Shown: piece by piece, positions 14,420 to 26,449 of the stretch
How the letters are laid out: every line of letters starts with the position of its first letter
Numbering within the stretch: the stretch's first letter is position 1
Assembly (NCBI RefSeq): GCF_009914755.1
Contig: NC_060934.1
Strand: one strand, 5' to 3'
DNA length: 64,000 bases
From: the human T2T-CHM13v2.0 reference genome, Homo sapiens
The notes under the pieces: generated by a model
Seen by the model: the letters and a program-made list of their open reading frames with translations, nothing else
Told to the model about the DNA's origin: nothing
The model's database searches: none
Position numbers and translations under genes: made by a program

Positions 14420-14800
14420 TGACATAGTTTGGACCTCCACTCCAAATCCCATTTTGAGATGTAAACCCCATGCTGGAGGTGCAGCCTGGTGGGAGGTGTT
14501 TGGGTCAAGGGGACAGATCCCTGATGGCTCGGTGCTGTCCTTGCAATGGTGTTCTCGGGAGATCTGGTTGTTTAAGAGTGTGTGGCACCTCCCCCCACCA
14601 CTCTATCTCTTGCCACATCAAATGCTGCTCCCCCTTTACCTTCTGCCATGATTGAAAGCTTCCTGAGGCCTCACAGAAGCCGAGCCTATGCCTAGCACCA
14701 TGCTTCCTGTACAGCCCCCAGAACCATGTAAATATCTTTTCTTTATAAATTACCCAGCCTCACATATTTCTTTATAGCAACACAAGAATGGCCTAACACA
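14420..14800 (+). mobile_element. MSTA-type MaLR LTR
   Basis: tgacatagtttgg...cctggtgggaggtgtttggg...ttctgccatgattgaaagcttcctgaggcc...ttctttataaattacccag...gcctaacaca. Confidence 0.88.
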
Positions 14801-14804
14801 CCCC

Positions 14805-14856
14805 TTTCTCCCTCCCTCCCTCCCTCCCTCCTTCCTTCCTTCCTTCCTTCCTTCCT
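14805..14856. repeat. (CCCT)n(CCTT)n polypyrimidine repeat
   Basis: Directly visible. Confidence 0.9.
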
Positions 14857-14859
14857 CAC

Positions 14860-15720
14860 AACCAGCAATGTTGGGCCTACCATGGCCAAGGCTTTGGAGT
14901 TAAAAAGATAAGACTCTGTGACAGTCCTCAGGAAGTTAACTTCCATGAACAAATAGACAAGCAAGAGATCACCATGCAGTGTGGCAGTGGCAGACGCTGC
15001 AGTGGAGCGGTGGTCCAGGCACATGACTTTGCAGAGAAGGAACTTTTAAGCTGGTCTTGAAGAATGAACTGGCCTTCATTAGGTAAACAAGGGAGACAGA
15101 GATCAATGGACAATGGGAACAAAAACAGAGAGGCTGTAATTTACCTGGCTTGTTTAGGGCCAGGTAAAAAGTCAAGTGTGTCTAGAACACAGAGGATGGG
15201 GCAGAAAGTGAGGCTGAAAAGAAAGGTGGAGGCCTGACTATGATGAATATCACAGGCTCTGATAAGAAATGCAGGCTCCCTACTCAGACAATGAGGAGTC
15301 ATCCAGGGTCTTCTGACTAGACAATGACAGGAGCACATCTATGAATTAGAAAGGCGACCTGAGTGACGGTGTAGAAGACAGGATGCAGGAGACAGAGAGA
15401 AAATGGCCCATTAGGAGGCTTATGCAATGGTCTAGGCAAAATAATGAGGCCCTGGGCTAAGAGAACAGACACAGGAATGGCAGACAAGCTCAGGCCAAGG
15501 TGGCATCACTATCTGCAATAGGAAACACAGCAACAGGGCAGGCCTTGGGGTTAGGGGTGCTCATGAGCTTGGGAGGCTCAGAGAGAAGCATTAGAAATAA
15601 GGACCTGGAGCTTGGGAGGAGGGTCTTGGCTAGTGTTGGCTGTTGTCATAACACAGGTGGGTAACTGAAACCCTGGGAGCAGATGAGAGTATGAAGAATG
15701 GGGAAAGGAGGCACAAATTC
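14860..15720 (-). mobile_element. L2, diverged
   Basis: L2-like segments (aggaagttaacttcc..., ttaggaggcttatgcaatggtctaggca, gacctggagcttgggagg). Confidence 0.55.
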
Positions 15721-17319
15721 TCCACTCCCATTCTCCAAAGGAGCAGGATGTACCATCGAGGAGATGGCAATTAGCTGGGAAAATGAAACACATGCAGAAG
15801 AAACGTAAACATACTTCCTGAATATCTGAGAAATATCCCTATAACTTAATAATCAACAACTTGCCCACTCCCTGCTATTTCTCCCTACTGACAAAGAAGT
15901 GTATGCACTTGCACACTTTGGCCCACTGAGGACAAAGCCAAGTGTCCCAGCACCTGAGCTGGAAAGGGAATGTGCCATGAAAGTGTCCACCAGAGAGCCA
16001 GGGCCATGGTACAAACTCAAAGCCAGAAGCAAACCCTCTAGAGACCCCAGGCCCCTGAGCTAATTCTGCCATATCCACTAACGGCAGAGTCCAACAGTTA
16101 CTCCTTCAGTTGCATTTTCAAAATCTAGACTTTGGTATCTTTCTCTGAGTATGCGCAGTTGACATATAAAATTAGATGTATAAAATGCACACTTTGAAAA
16201 GCAGAGGACAGTTCTGCCTGTCGTGTTCCTAAGGCTGAACTACATGCAGATCTTGTTTGGGCTTGGCTTTTTCCCAACTGGGAAACTGGGAGGTTTTCAA
16301 ATAAAGCTGAATTAGGAACTATTTGTTTTGCATCCCCTAAACACAAGGATGCTGGCTGTGCCAAGAGCCCTTCCCTGGAGCATGTGAGCCCACAAGGGGC
16401 CGAGGGGGGGGGGTTTACTCCCCTCAAACTCCTACAGTACGTCCTGTCTGTACTGTCTTGTACTGTTCATTAACTACGTCTTGAGTTTATTGTTATTTGA
16501 ATGTCTCTTGGCCAGATGCCAAGCTTGTTGAGAACAGGCTGAGTTACACTTTTCTGTGTGTTACAAAGTAGGTACTCGGCGAGTGTACCACTTCAAAAAT
16601 CGAATGTAGCAGTTTAGGGATGCAATCTATGCTTTCAAAATTGGGTGCAGAAAACACATTCATATCCAATGAACAACTTCACTAAGAGTTCTAGAAGAGG
16701 TGAATACCGTGCAGTGGATGCCCAGAAGAGGGCAGAGATGAATCCCCACTCTGATCTGACTGGGGTCACCCACGGTGTGTGTCTTCGCCAGCATCGGCAA
16801 ATACACTCAAACCAAGGGAGCCCTGAGCGAGGCTGGAGAAACATACTCCAGAAGGAAGAGTGGTACTCTAACAGAACAATACCATCTGGTCTCTTCTAAA
16901 GACCAAGGGCCTTCTCTCTCATTCTCTTTAGGGTCCTTCTCTGATGGGATCATCTTCTCTGGGGCACTAAGAGAAGAATCTCAGTCGGTCCTCTGAAGGT
17001 CTGGTGTGCATCGAAGCACTCTGTCCTGTGGTGGAGAGCACCTGCTTCAGGAGCCTGGAGCTCTCCCCAAGCCAGGTACCTGCTACCTGGTTGGATCCCA
17101 TCTGCTCCCCCGGTTACCGACTGCTGGTGCGCACGGTGTATGTTCATGCAGAGGAAGTTACACAGCAGAAGCAGAGGCTGGCCAGCCCCTCAGCAACGTA
17201 TAGTCCAGACGAGAAGACCAAACACAACCCAAAACCCAGCCAATCACAGCCTCAGCACCAAATGGCTACATCTCTGGATTTTATTTCATACATTAAACCT
17301 GCTGTCTGGAAGGCACTGA

Positions 17320-17677
17320 TCTAAGCACCTTGAAAATGGTAACTAATTAAGTCTTCATACAAACCCTACGAGGTAAGTACTTTCATCACTATTTTCATCA
17401 CCATTGTCAGGGAGCATATATTCACAAAAGAAAATTTTACATTTGTGAGGACAGTGTAAGTATTTGGCTTTTATTTATGTCCTCACCCACTACACAAATA
17501 AGTTTTCTGACCAGTGTGCCAGAATTTATGCTGCAGAGTTTTACTACAATAAGAAAACTGAAGTATGGAGATGAAGTGACTAGCCCAAGGTCTCATAGCT
17601 GGTAAGTGGTAGTGCCAGGATTTAAACCTGGGTGTTCTCGTTCCAGAATCCATGCTCTTCACCGTCTCAATATACTG
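17320..17677 (-). mobile_element. MIR interrupted by a 147-bp insertion
   Basis: caaaccctacgaggtaagtact...ccatt [insert] aagaaaactgaag...gtgactagcccaaggtctcatagctggtaagtggtagtgccaggatttaaacctggg. Confidence 0.85.
17405..17551 (+). repeat. Inverted repeat, left arm (147 bp)
   Basis: Ungapped reverse complement of 18342-18488, 11 mismatches by manual alignment. Confidence 0.97.
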
Positions 17678-18341
17678 CCTTTTGTTTACACAGACACCTG
17701 AGCTGGACACTGGAGACAGAAGATATGGTGGGCCTTTTGGGTTGAGTGCTTTGGGACACAGAGATCTGCTTTGGGCATAGAATGATAAATGAGTTTTTGA
17801 TAGGAAGAGAGGGCTTGGAAAGGACACTCCACACAAAGACAGCACTAGGAAAACCTCTAAATAGTGGCTAGAGGTGAACTGTCCCATTCTTGAAGGTTCT
17901 GAAGAATCAGCAGGGCTTTGGAAGCGAGCAGATGCTGTATACAGAGATGCACGTTTTGTGCCTACAGAAAGACAAGGTGCAAATTCTAGAGTTTCCAGGG
18001 TCATTAGCCCAGAGAGGTTGGTCCTGCACACCATCCTCTGGAAATGAAACAGGGATGCTTGGTGTCACCCACCAAGCAAGACCTAGCAAAGGAGATATTT
18101 TGTTTCCCACACTGAGAATTTTGTATCTCCGGCAATCCGCAATTTGTCAAATGAATTAGATTCCTTAATAATCATTATTCCAAACCATGCCAGTCAGCAA
18201 ATATTTCTTTCTGAACAAATATATAATTAATTCAGATACCACCTTTTTGACTCAAAGGTTTTAAAGTGCCTGGCTGAGGTGAACATTCAGAAAAAATAAT
18301 GGTATTTCCAGAGGAAAATTCATACATAGCTCAATTTACAA

Positions 18342-18488
18342 TATTGTAATAAGACTCTGCAGCATAAATTGTGGCACACTGGACAGAAAACCTATTTGTG
18401 TAGCGTGTGAGGACATAAATACAAGCCAAATACTTATACTGTCCTCACAAATATAAAATTTTCTTTTGTGAATCTATGCTCCCTGACA
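18342..18488 (-). repeat. Inverted repeat, right arm (147 bp)
   Basis: Reverse complement of 17405-17551, 92.5% identity. Confidence 0.97.
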
Positions 18489-19729
18489 CATATTCCAAGA
18501 AAGCTGGGTCCCATGATAAATACTGTGCCTTGAAGGTCTTCATCAATATCAACTCTCTTGCTCATTATTCAGTTACTAAATAAAAAGGATGGTAACAGAG
18601 TAACAAATAACAGAATGATATGATTAAAGTTATGTATCAACCTTCACTCAATATTCAGTCACTACCAATTCTGTCAGCAACTTCGTAACTTTTCTCTCTA
18701 CAACTAATTATCCTATCCTCACTTCCTAGATTCTACACCCACCCACGGCCAATCATTGGCCTCTCTGCCTGTTTCTAGGTTCCTTCTATCCCTTTCTTTC
18801 ATGGTTTCTTTTTAAGAGCTCTGTTTGGGTTTTGAATCTGGGGTTGGAGCTCTTCATTTCATTTGGACGTTCCATCCCCTCTGGGTTTCCACCACCCCTC
18901 CACCACCCCTCCAAATAACGTTCTTTCTAGACCCTTCTATAAGCTGTGTCTGCAGTCTCTTTTTCTAGAAAGCAACCTTTTCCTGAGATCTTTGTTCTAT
19001 TTCTGAATACTTTCCATAAGCCTTTTATGGATCCATAATTTTAGCAAGAAAAGGGACTGGGTTCAGAAGCCCAATCTTCTCCATCCTTCTAAATCACCCC
19101 ATGAAGTTACAGTCCATAAACAATGTTGTTCCTGGTAGAGAGTCAATTTTGATGACGCTCTTGAGGTGGATGACAATAATGAGCTTAAATAAGCCTACTG
19201 GACTCCATTTCTGGGAACCCAGGTACAAAGATGTTATTATTCTTATGCCTATAGGTATAATAAGGTGCTTGTGATATTACTTTCTGCTCTGGTGTGTGGG
19301 AGGTACTGCTATCTCTTGTTGAAAAGCAGACATCAGGAAATGGGGGTAGAAATGCTTGTAGGCAGTCATCTATACAGAATGAGAGAATGGGGCAAGGAGA
19401 TGCCAAAGGCCCAGGTGCTCAGCCTCTGGCCCAAGAAGTTGAAAAAGATGCACCCACAGGACCACGAAGGCCAGACTCTTACAGACACAAGTCACCACTG
19501 CTGGCCTCACAACGGAAAGGACCCTGGGCCAGGAGTCAGGAGGAAGGCCCAGCTCTGCCATCCATCTCAACACCTGTCCTCATGCTGGAGGACTGAGCTT
19601 CTTAGTTTAGTTATCTATAAAATGGCCACAATAATATCTCGATGAGCTATTCATTTTTTCTTTTAAGAATTTATCAAAAACCTTCTGAAGCAGAGGCAGT
19701 GAGCTAGCTATATACACAAAAATATGAGG

Positions 19730-20046
19730 TTTTTTTTTGTTGTTTTTTTGTTTTTTTTTGAGACAGAGTCTCACTGTGTCACCCAGGCTGGAGTACGGTG
19801 GCATGATCTCGGCTCACTGCAAGCTTCGCCTCCCAGGTTCACACCATTCTCTTGCCTCTGCCTCCTGAATAGCTGGGACTACAGGCGCCCGCGCCCGCTA
19901 CTATGCCCGGCTAATTTTTTGTATTTTTAGTAGAGACAGGGTTTCGCTGTGTTAGCCAGGATGGTCTCGATCTCCTGACCTCGTGATCCACCCGCCTCGG
20001 CCTCCCAAAGTGCTGGGATTACAGGCGTGAGCCACTGGACCTGGCC
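19730..20046 (-). mobile_element. AluY
   Basis: tgcaagcttcgcctcccaggttcacaccatt and gttagccaggatggtctcgatctcctgacctcgtgat. Small internal gcgccc duplication. Confidence 0.92.
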
Positions 20047-20196
20047 AAGTTGATCTTTTTGTTTTGAGTAAAAATGGAAAGAAACTCAGCAAGCTCTGTA
20101 GTGAAATATCATTTGCATTTTTTCAAAGATGGGCACATGAGTATCTTGCTCAAGAATGCATATATGTTAAAGAACACAGATTTAACATATGTAACT

Positions 20197-20270
20197 GGGG
20201 GCTGGGGGTGGTGGGGAGGGCAGAGATGGGGAGGGCAAAGGTTGGGAGGGCAGAAATGGGGAGTGCAGGG
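20197..20270 (+). repeat. G-rich ~15-bp tandem repeat (GGGAGGGCAGAGATG-like)
   Basis: ggggagggcagagat ggggagggcaaaggt tgggagggcagaaat ggggagtgcaggg. Confidence 0.8.
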
Positions 20271-23229
20271 AGAAAAATCCAGATAAACCAATGAAAAGGA
20301 CTGTCCCTTGTACAGTGCAATGATGATAGTGTTCCATAAACCAAGGGGAATGACTAACTGACCTAATGATAACAATAATAGTAATTAACACAGCAACTAA
20401 CTTGCTGGAACTATATTTTGTCCAGAAACCATACAAAGAAAACATGTATTGCATATTTAGTTAAGAGCAAATATTTTAAGTGGCAGAGCTTGGACTGAAT
20501 ATTACTCTTTTTGTAATCACTCTCTTCCATACCCCCAGCCCCCAGAAGTCAAAAGCCTAAACAAACACTTGTGAAAGTTGCAGAATGAGCAGATCTGGAG
20601 AGCCCTTGATACTGTGGCCAGTAACATTCACCAAACTACATTAAGGAACTCCCTAGATGCTAAGACTGGTTCCAACCAGATCAAGCTGTTCCCATCTTCT
20701 AAATCAGAAATGACCCAAAAAGCAGCTCAGTGACACAGGTGTCAACAAACTGCCATCTGCTTCATGTCAGATTTCTAGAAGCGCTAGAAATCCAGCTCAT
20801 CCCATTCCCAAATATCAGCAAAGGAGATAAACGCAATGAACCTGACTCTCTTTGCCAGTTCCAAGAGATGCCCAGGTCCCTTCTTAGATGGGCAGCAGGA
20901 AGTGAGCAAAGCCCAGGTCTGAAAGTTACAGTCACTAAGGTATCAAACAATGACATCCCCTTCAAGTATCAGCCAGAGCTGAGCGCTCCTGGAAGACATC
21001 TCCAGATGCTGGTTTCCCCATGCGTCCATCCAGCCAAAGGCAGTCCAGGTGTCTGTGATGACCTGGCACAGTGTAACTGACCTTTTGGAATCAAGGCTAC
21101 CCAAGGGCCTTCCCAAATGTCTGGCTGGACAGACACATTTTGCCCTCTTCATTTCTCTTTGCCGCCTTGATGTTTCCCAAGTCTTGAGTATTGAAAGGAA
21201 ACATGCATTCTTTTCCTCAGAGGGAGCAAGTACAGCAAGTGTTGATCAATTTCCTTTCCTTTCATCTTTCCTCAGTGCACTCCAGAAGCATGAGGAAAGC
21301 TGTTTTACCCGCTGGGCCTGGGGTTCAAAGTTGATTCTCCTCAGTCAGACAAGACTTGGTGAGTAAAGACAGTACCCCACACTGGAAATCAACTCCCATT
21401 CAGGGAGCTTACCGCAATGGGTCCAACCCAATTCTAACAGCCTATCCTCACTGAGACTTTAAATGTGTTTGTCAGGGAATCATCTCCACAGCCCCATGAG
21501 CTTCCCTCTATTATATCCATTCCATGGGGAATCTCAGGCTCACAGAGGTTCACTTCCTCAAAATCAAGAGCAAGTTATGTGAATGTGAAACCTGGTTGGC
21601 CTGAAATCATGGCCCCACTCCCACCCCTGAGTAGTTTTAGGCACCAAGAGGGCAGAGCCTGATGGATGAAGACCAAGGCATGGCACAGGGAGGGTAGAGA
21701 ACAGCACTGCTGGTTCTCCCTTTCCCCAGCCCTCTCCTCTCCAGAAAGGCCCTGGGCTCTGGCAGGTTGGGACACTTGGTCTTCTCTCTTCTTTTGCTTC
21801 CTCCTCCTTCTCTGCCTCTTGCTCACTCACCTACTCTTAACACTCAGCACCTTGCTCCCAGGCTCCTCTGTAACAGGGCAGGACAGCATCTCTGCCCACT
21901 TACTGATCCCAACTTCCGTCTAAGCTCCTGAAGGCTGAGAGAGTGTTTGGTCCCTCTCATTATCCCCAGGGAAATGCTTCAGTCTCACTATCAGGACCTG
22001 GGACAGGTCTCCAGTTCCCCAGATGAATCACTCCACTGCCTGCCTTGGAATTTACTAGGTGAAGGTCACTGACTCGGCCAGCTACCCTGCACAGCACTGC
22101 TTGGGAGCCCTCCAGGGCACTGGCTGCTGGAAGTGCTTCCCGAGGCTGCATGGAACATTTTCACAAAATGTGGTACCCACTCCCTCTGGATGTCTTCTAA
22201 GAAAGTCATTTGTTTTTGCATCAGCCCAATTGTTCATGAAATGCATAGTAACAGACCCTGTGATTCTCCCTACACTGTAAAGACTGACTCAGACAGGCAG
22301 CTTTCCTGACCCTCTAGCAACTGGCTTATGAAATCTCCAGGCATCAGAGGAGCTGCCCACCAAAGCCTCCAGATGGCATAGGGGAGGCCTCAAATGTTAT
22401 GGGCTGCCCAGGCCAGTTATCTCCTGGCCAGCTGCCAATGGAGAGGTCCACGCAGCTTGGAGGAGGGCAGGTGACAGCCTTATCCCTGGGCCCACATGCC
22501 AGCATCCATCAGTGTCCCATTCCCAGAGATTCCCTCACTCTCCATGCTAATGACGAATGACTGTGCTTCCCCAGTGGAGCAACACATCTTCCTTCATGAG
22601 GCCTGGCAGGGACCTGCGGCCCTGGGTACAGCCCCAAACCAACTCCCAGCAGGCCAGGGGTGACATCTGGCCACCAGAAAAAGCTGCTTTGCTCACCAGG
22701 CTCTGACCTCAAGAGGAGGTGGCACTACAGGTGGGCCTCCCGGCCAGCTGCTCAGGTTCTATTTAACATGTCTCATCAGAGGGTCACAGCAGAGATCTGG
22801 GGCCTGTCTCAGGGCAATTTCTCTGCCTGGACATAAGGCTAGTTCCAGTTCTTAAGGCAGGAGGTCCTGGGAAAATAGGTCACATTGGTCACCGGTGTTC
22901 CTGGCTGTTTAACCAGAGCCCTGGGTAGAGTCTCCCTGGTGGGACAGCTCTCACCAAGGGCCCACATGTCCCCAACAGACACAGTCCATCTGTAGGGCAG
23001 TGCAGGACACAGGCCTTTTTTAGGCCCTCATGTAGCTCCAGAGGTGGCATCATCAATCCAGCACCTCTGTTCCTCAAAATACAAGCTTTTTTGTGTGTGT
23101 TTTTCCATCGAAAAATATATTTTTTTCCTTGAGGCTTTTAAAGCCTGCAGAGCTTAGCTGTTCTGAATGTAAGGAGAGAATCTTGTTCTAGTGAAGGGCT
23201 GTAATTACTGCAATGTAACATACAGCATG

Positions 23230-23440
23230 GTGGTATGAGAATGCGTCGGCAAGGGAGGCAGACAGAGAGAGACTGAGAGGAGACAGGACCTGGGCTTAAA
23301 TCCCAGCTCTGCTACTTCCTAACTTTGTGATCTTGGATGCCTTACCTAACCTCTCATAGCCTCAGTTTCCTCACCTGCTTTATGAAATCTCCAGGCTTTG
23401 GAGGAGCTGTGTATTTGATGCACAGAGGTGCTCAGCTGAT
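23230..23440 (+). mobile_element. MIR (with 30-bp foreign patch at 23380-23409)
   Basis: cctgggcttaaatcccagctctgctacttcctaactttgtgatcttgg...gcctcagtttcctcacctg. Confidence 0.8.
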
Positions 23441-23489
23441 GATCTGTAAGACAGGCTATTAACAGTGCCACCCACATTAATTGTGATGC

Positions 23490-23910
23490 TACATAAGACA
23501 GCACCCCATCCCGGCGCACCTCCTTTGAACCCACTCACCAGCTTCCATGCGTGTTGCTGCTCAGAGCCTGCACCTGTGGCCCTCAAAGGAGCACCCCTGG
23601 CACCAAGCTGCCCAGCCTGTTTACACCTCCACTCCCCACTGAGGCCAGGTGCCCCATAATCAATGACTGACTAGTGTTGGATTCAGAAGCCCAGCTCTTT
23701 GCCTCTGGGCAGGATACATCTCAGGGATTATTTATGCTCTGGAGCCCCTCCTGGGATCAGACAGGGCCTCATTTGAATCTGCTCCCATGCGTGGCTTCTC
23801 CCCCTCCCTGTCCTGCTCCCCACCCCAACTCCGTTATTAGTTTCTTCAGAGAGCACTTCCTTAATAAATCATTTGCACGGGAATTCTAATCTCAGAGTCT
23901 GTGGAACACT
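23490..23910 (+). mobile_element. LTR16-type ERVL LTR
   Basis: ctttgcctctgggcaggatacatctcaggg...gagcacttccttaataaatcatttgcac...tctcagagtctg. Confidence 0.7.
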
Positions 23911-26029
23911 AGCAGGGCAATAAAGCCTAAGTGCCATTATTATTGTCGCTGTTTTAATTATAATTGTGCTGCTCACAATGTCCCACAGGACTGGATTGAT
24001 ATCTAGGCATGGACTCTGCTGCACCCCAAGTGGATATCCAGACATGGAGTCTGGTATACCTCCAGGAAAGCTGCCCTTTTTATCTTTTAAATTTTATTTT
24101 ACTTTATTATTTTTGGGAGGTAGGGGGGTAGTAGGTGGGAGAGCAAGAACCAAGGGGAATTTCTTCCCAGAGCTTTGGAACACAGGACCAGCTTGCGGCA
24201 GCTATTCTATAGCTTGCCCAGACCCTTAGTGCAGGGCCCAGAGTGGCAGCACAGGGAGGAGAGCCCCCAGCGCTCACCGGAGATGGCACCAGGCTTCACT
24301 GTACCAGTGACAGTCCTTGGGAAGGAGAGGTGCTTCTGAGGGTTCATGTGGTTAACACAGTCCCAGACAACCTTGCCTTTTCCAAACAGGTTTGTGTTTC
24401 ACCAATGGTGAAATGTAACTCCCCGAAGCAACCTCCCCAAGGAACTAAGTGGCAAGAGAGAAAAGCCACGTTACTTCACACAGAGGTGGTGGCAGCTCCT
24501 AACGACTGATGTGCCACTGAGCACAGTTTTGCCAACAGTCAATTGAGCAGGCACACTTACAAAATGAGGGCATGGAGCAGGCACAACTGATTGGTTTCCA
24601 CATATGTCTGGGACATTACACAATTCTGAAAGGCCGGTCTCTCTTTATCTGCATAAGGCAGAGGAAAGGCTCTTAAAAAAAAAAAAAAAAAAAAAAGGCA
24701 AGGTTTAAATGCCATACTGTTTCCCATCCAATTACCTCTGTTTTCTGTCTACACATGGGGGGCGGCGGGAGGTGCTGAATGTTCATTTTAAGTGCCATTT
24801 ATCATCTGCTTAATTAATCACAAGCAAACTCCTACTGTATTTCAGGTGAACATAACATAAAAGAAATAAGATTCTCTTGACAAATGAGAATACCATATTT
24901 ATAAGGACTAGGACTTTCTCCCCAAAGAAAGGGAACAATTTTCACTGCAATTCATACCCCGGCCCTTGCGAGCTTGAAAGCAAACTTCAAGTGCTTCTTG
25001 CACCTCAGCTCAAGCTAGTGCCCCTCCATGCTGCTATGGTGAAAACTGGAAGGCGACCTGCTCACACAGGGTCACGTCTCGGTCCCTTTTTCAAGAACCA
25101 CTAATGTTCCTGGGAATTTTAATGTTAAAACTCAATGAAGGAATAACGTGAGGTTTTTCACAGTTGTGTTCAGATAACTGTGCTATTTAAATGATCAAAG
25201 CATTACATTTGAATGGAAGACAGGGTTTTAAAGGCAACAAAGTAGAAAAAAATGATGAATGCAATACTTGCATCAGTTAATAAAAGCACCAAGTAGTCTA
25301 GAAAAAGGCTTAACTCCTCCTGAATGCAAATATTCTGTGAATACTTCGTATTTGTCTATTATTTTTTCATTCAAAAATGTCCATTTGAGGTCATGAGGCT
25401 GGAGCCCTAAGCTCCAGTGTCTGCTCGGCCAGCATCTCTGCAGGACCCTGTGTGGCCCCTGATGTCACCTGCCTGCAATTTTCTCCTTCATACAGTAAGT
25501 TGGACGAAGTGCTCAGTGACATCCCTTCTAAAACTAACAGTCTAAGACATCAGCCTTATTCAAGGAGTTACGTTCTAATTCTCCAGGCTTGAGAACTATC
25601 TTATTTTTAATATTAATAAAGCCAAATTAACATAATAATCTAGGAGTTAGTGGCACCGATAATCCAATGAAGGAACTCACCCAAAAGCCATTTTATCTGG
25701 CCCAAGAATGCAAGGGTTGACTTTTCTATGCAAGTTCTAGCTTTTAACTGTGTTTTCTTTAGGTTAATATTAAAATTCATTTATCTTCCCTGAGCACCCA
25801 TCCACAGAAAGGCACAAAGAAAGCATCCAGACCCTTGTCAGGCTATGAAAGGGCAGCAGTTGAAATGTAACTGTTGAAATCTCAACATTGGCCATGGAAA
25901 ATCTAGATGAAGGCAGTGAGGATTCTAGTAAAAAAGGCAGCAGTAAGTTTGCGTTGACCTCTGAGGCCCCCAGAGCAGAGCCCTGGCCAGGGCTGGAGAC
26001 AGAGATGCATTCTTCACCCCTCCCCACGC

Positions 26030-26330
26030 CCTGCAAGTACTTACTGAGCACTGACTGGGTGGTAAGCACTGAGTGTAACTGGCAGATATGAATCTAGACA
26101 GTAGACATCCCAGGCCTCTCAGATCTTATAATCTGGTTGCCCAGTCAGCCAATCAGGAGGAAACCACAACCCTATATATAATACATACTGGGACAGAGGA
26201 AATGAAAGGGAGCAAGCAGGATGTAGGGGCCAGTAGAAGAGGGAAGCGGACTTGTTCAGGTGGAATGGTTGGGGGAGGGACCTCTCTGCAGCAGCAGTAT
26301 TTAAGCTGAGACCTGTGGGATGGGGGGTCA
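26030..26330 (-). mobile_element. L2 fragment
   Basis: caagtacttactgagcact...ctctcagatcttataatctggt...tttaagctgagacctgtgggatg. Confidence 0.55.
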
Positions 26331-26449
26331 ACCCCATGCAGAGGTGCCCATGGGATCTGAGGGTTCGGAGGAATGAGGACCTGCGTCCCTGCTCTCTGGC
26401 ATGCAGTCTCTTTATCTGTGATAAATCTGTCTTAAAAAGGTGGGCAATA

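Noticed and set aside
17483-18034. 183-aa minus-strand ORF within the inverted-repeat spacer
   Set aside because: Reads through MIR and the repeat arm, with no transposase or other recognisable motif.
17405-18488. DNA transposon/MITE with 147-bp terminal inverted repeats
   Set aside because: No TSD, and the interrupted MIR continues inside the spacer, so the spacer is host DNA rather than element interior.
22363-22381. CTCF-like motif gcctccagatggca (also gtcaccagatggct near 28421)
   Set aside because: Only partial matches. Cannot be supported without PWM scoring or ChIP data.
24397-24413. Palindrome tttcacca-a-tggtgaaa (and a similar 8-bp-arm palindrome near 20771)
   Set aside because: About one 8-bp-arm palindrome per spacer length is expected by chance in 64 kb.
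24675-24696. Orphan poly(A) tract (and poly(T) near 6250) as a retrocopy tail
   Set aside because: No convincing TSD, polyA signal or recognisable upstream mRNA sequence.
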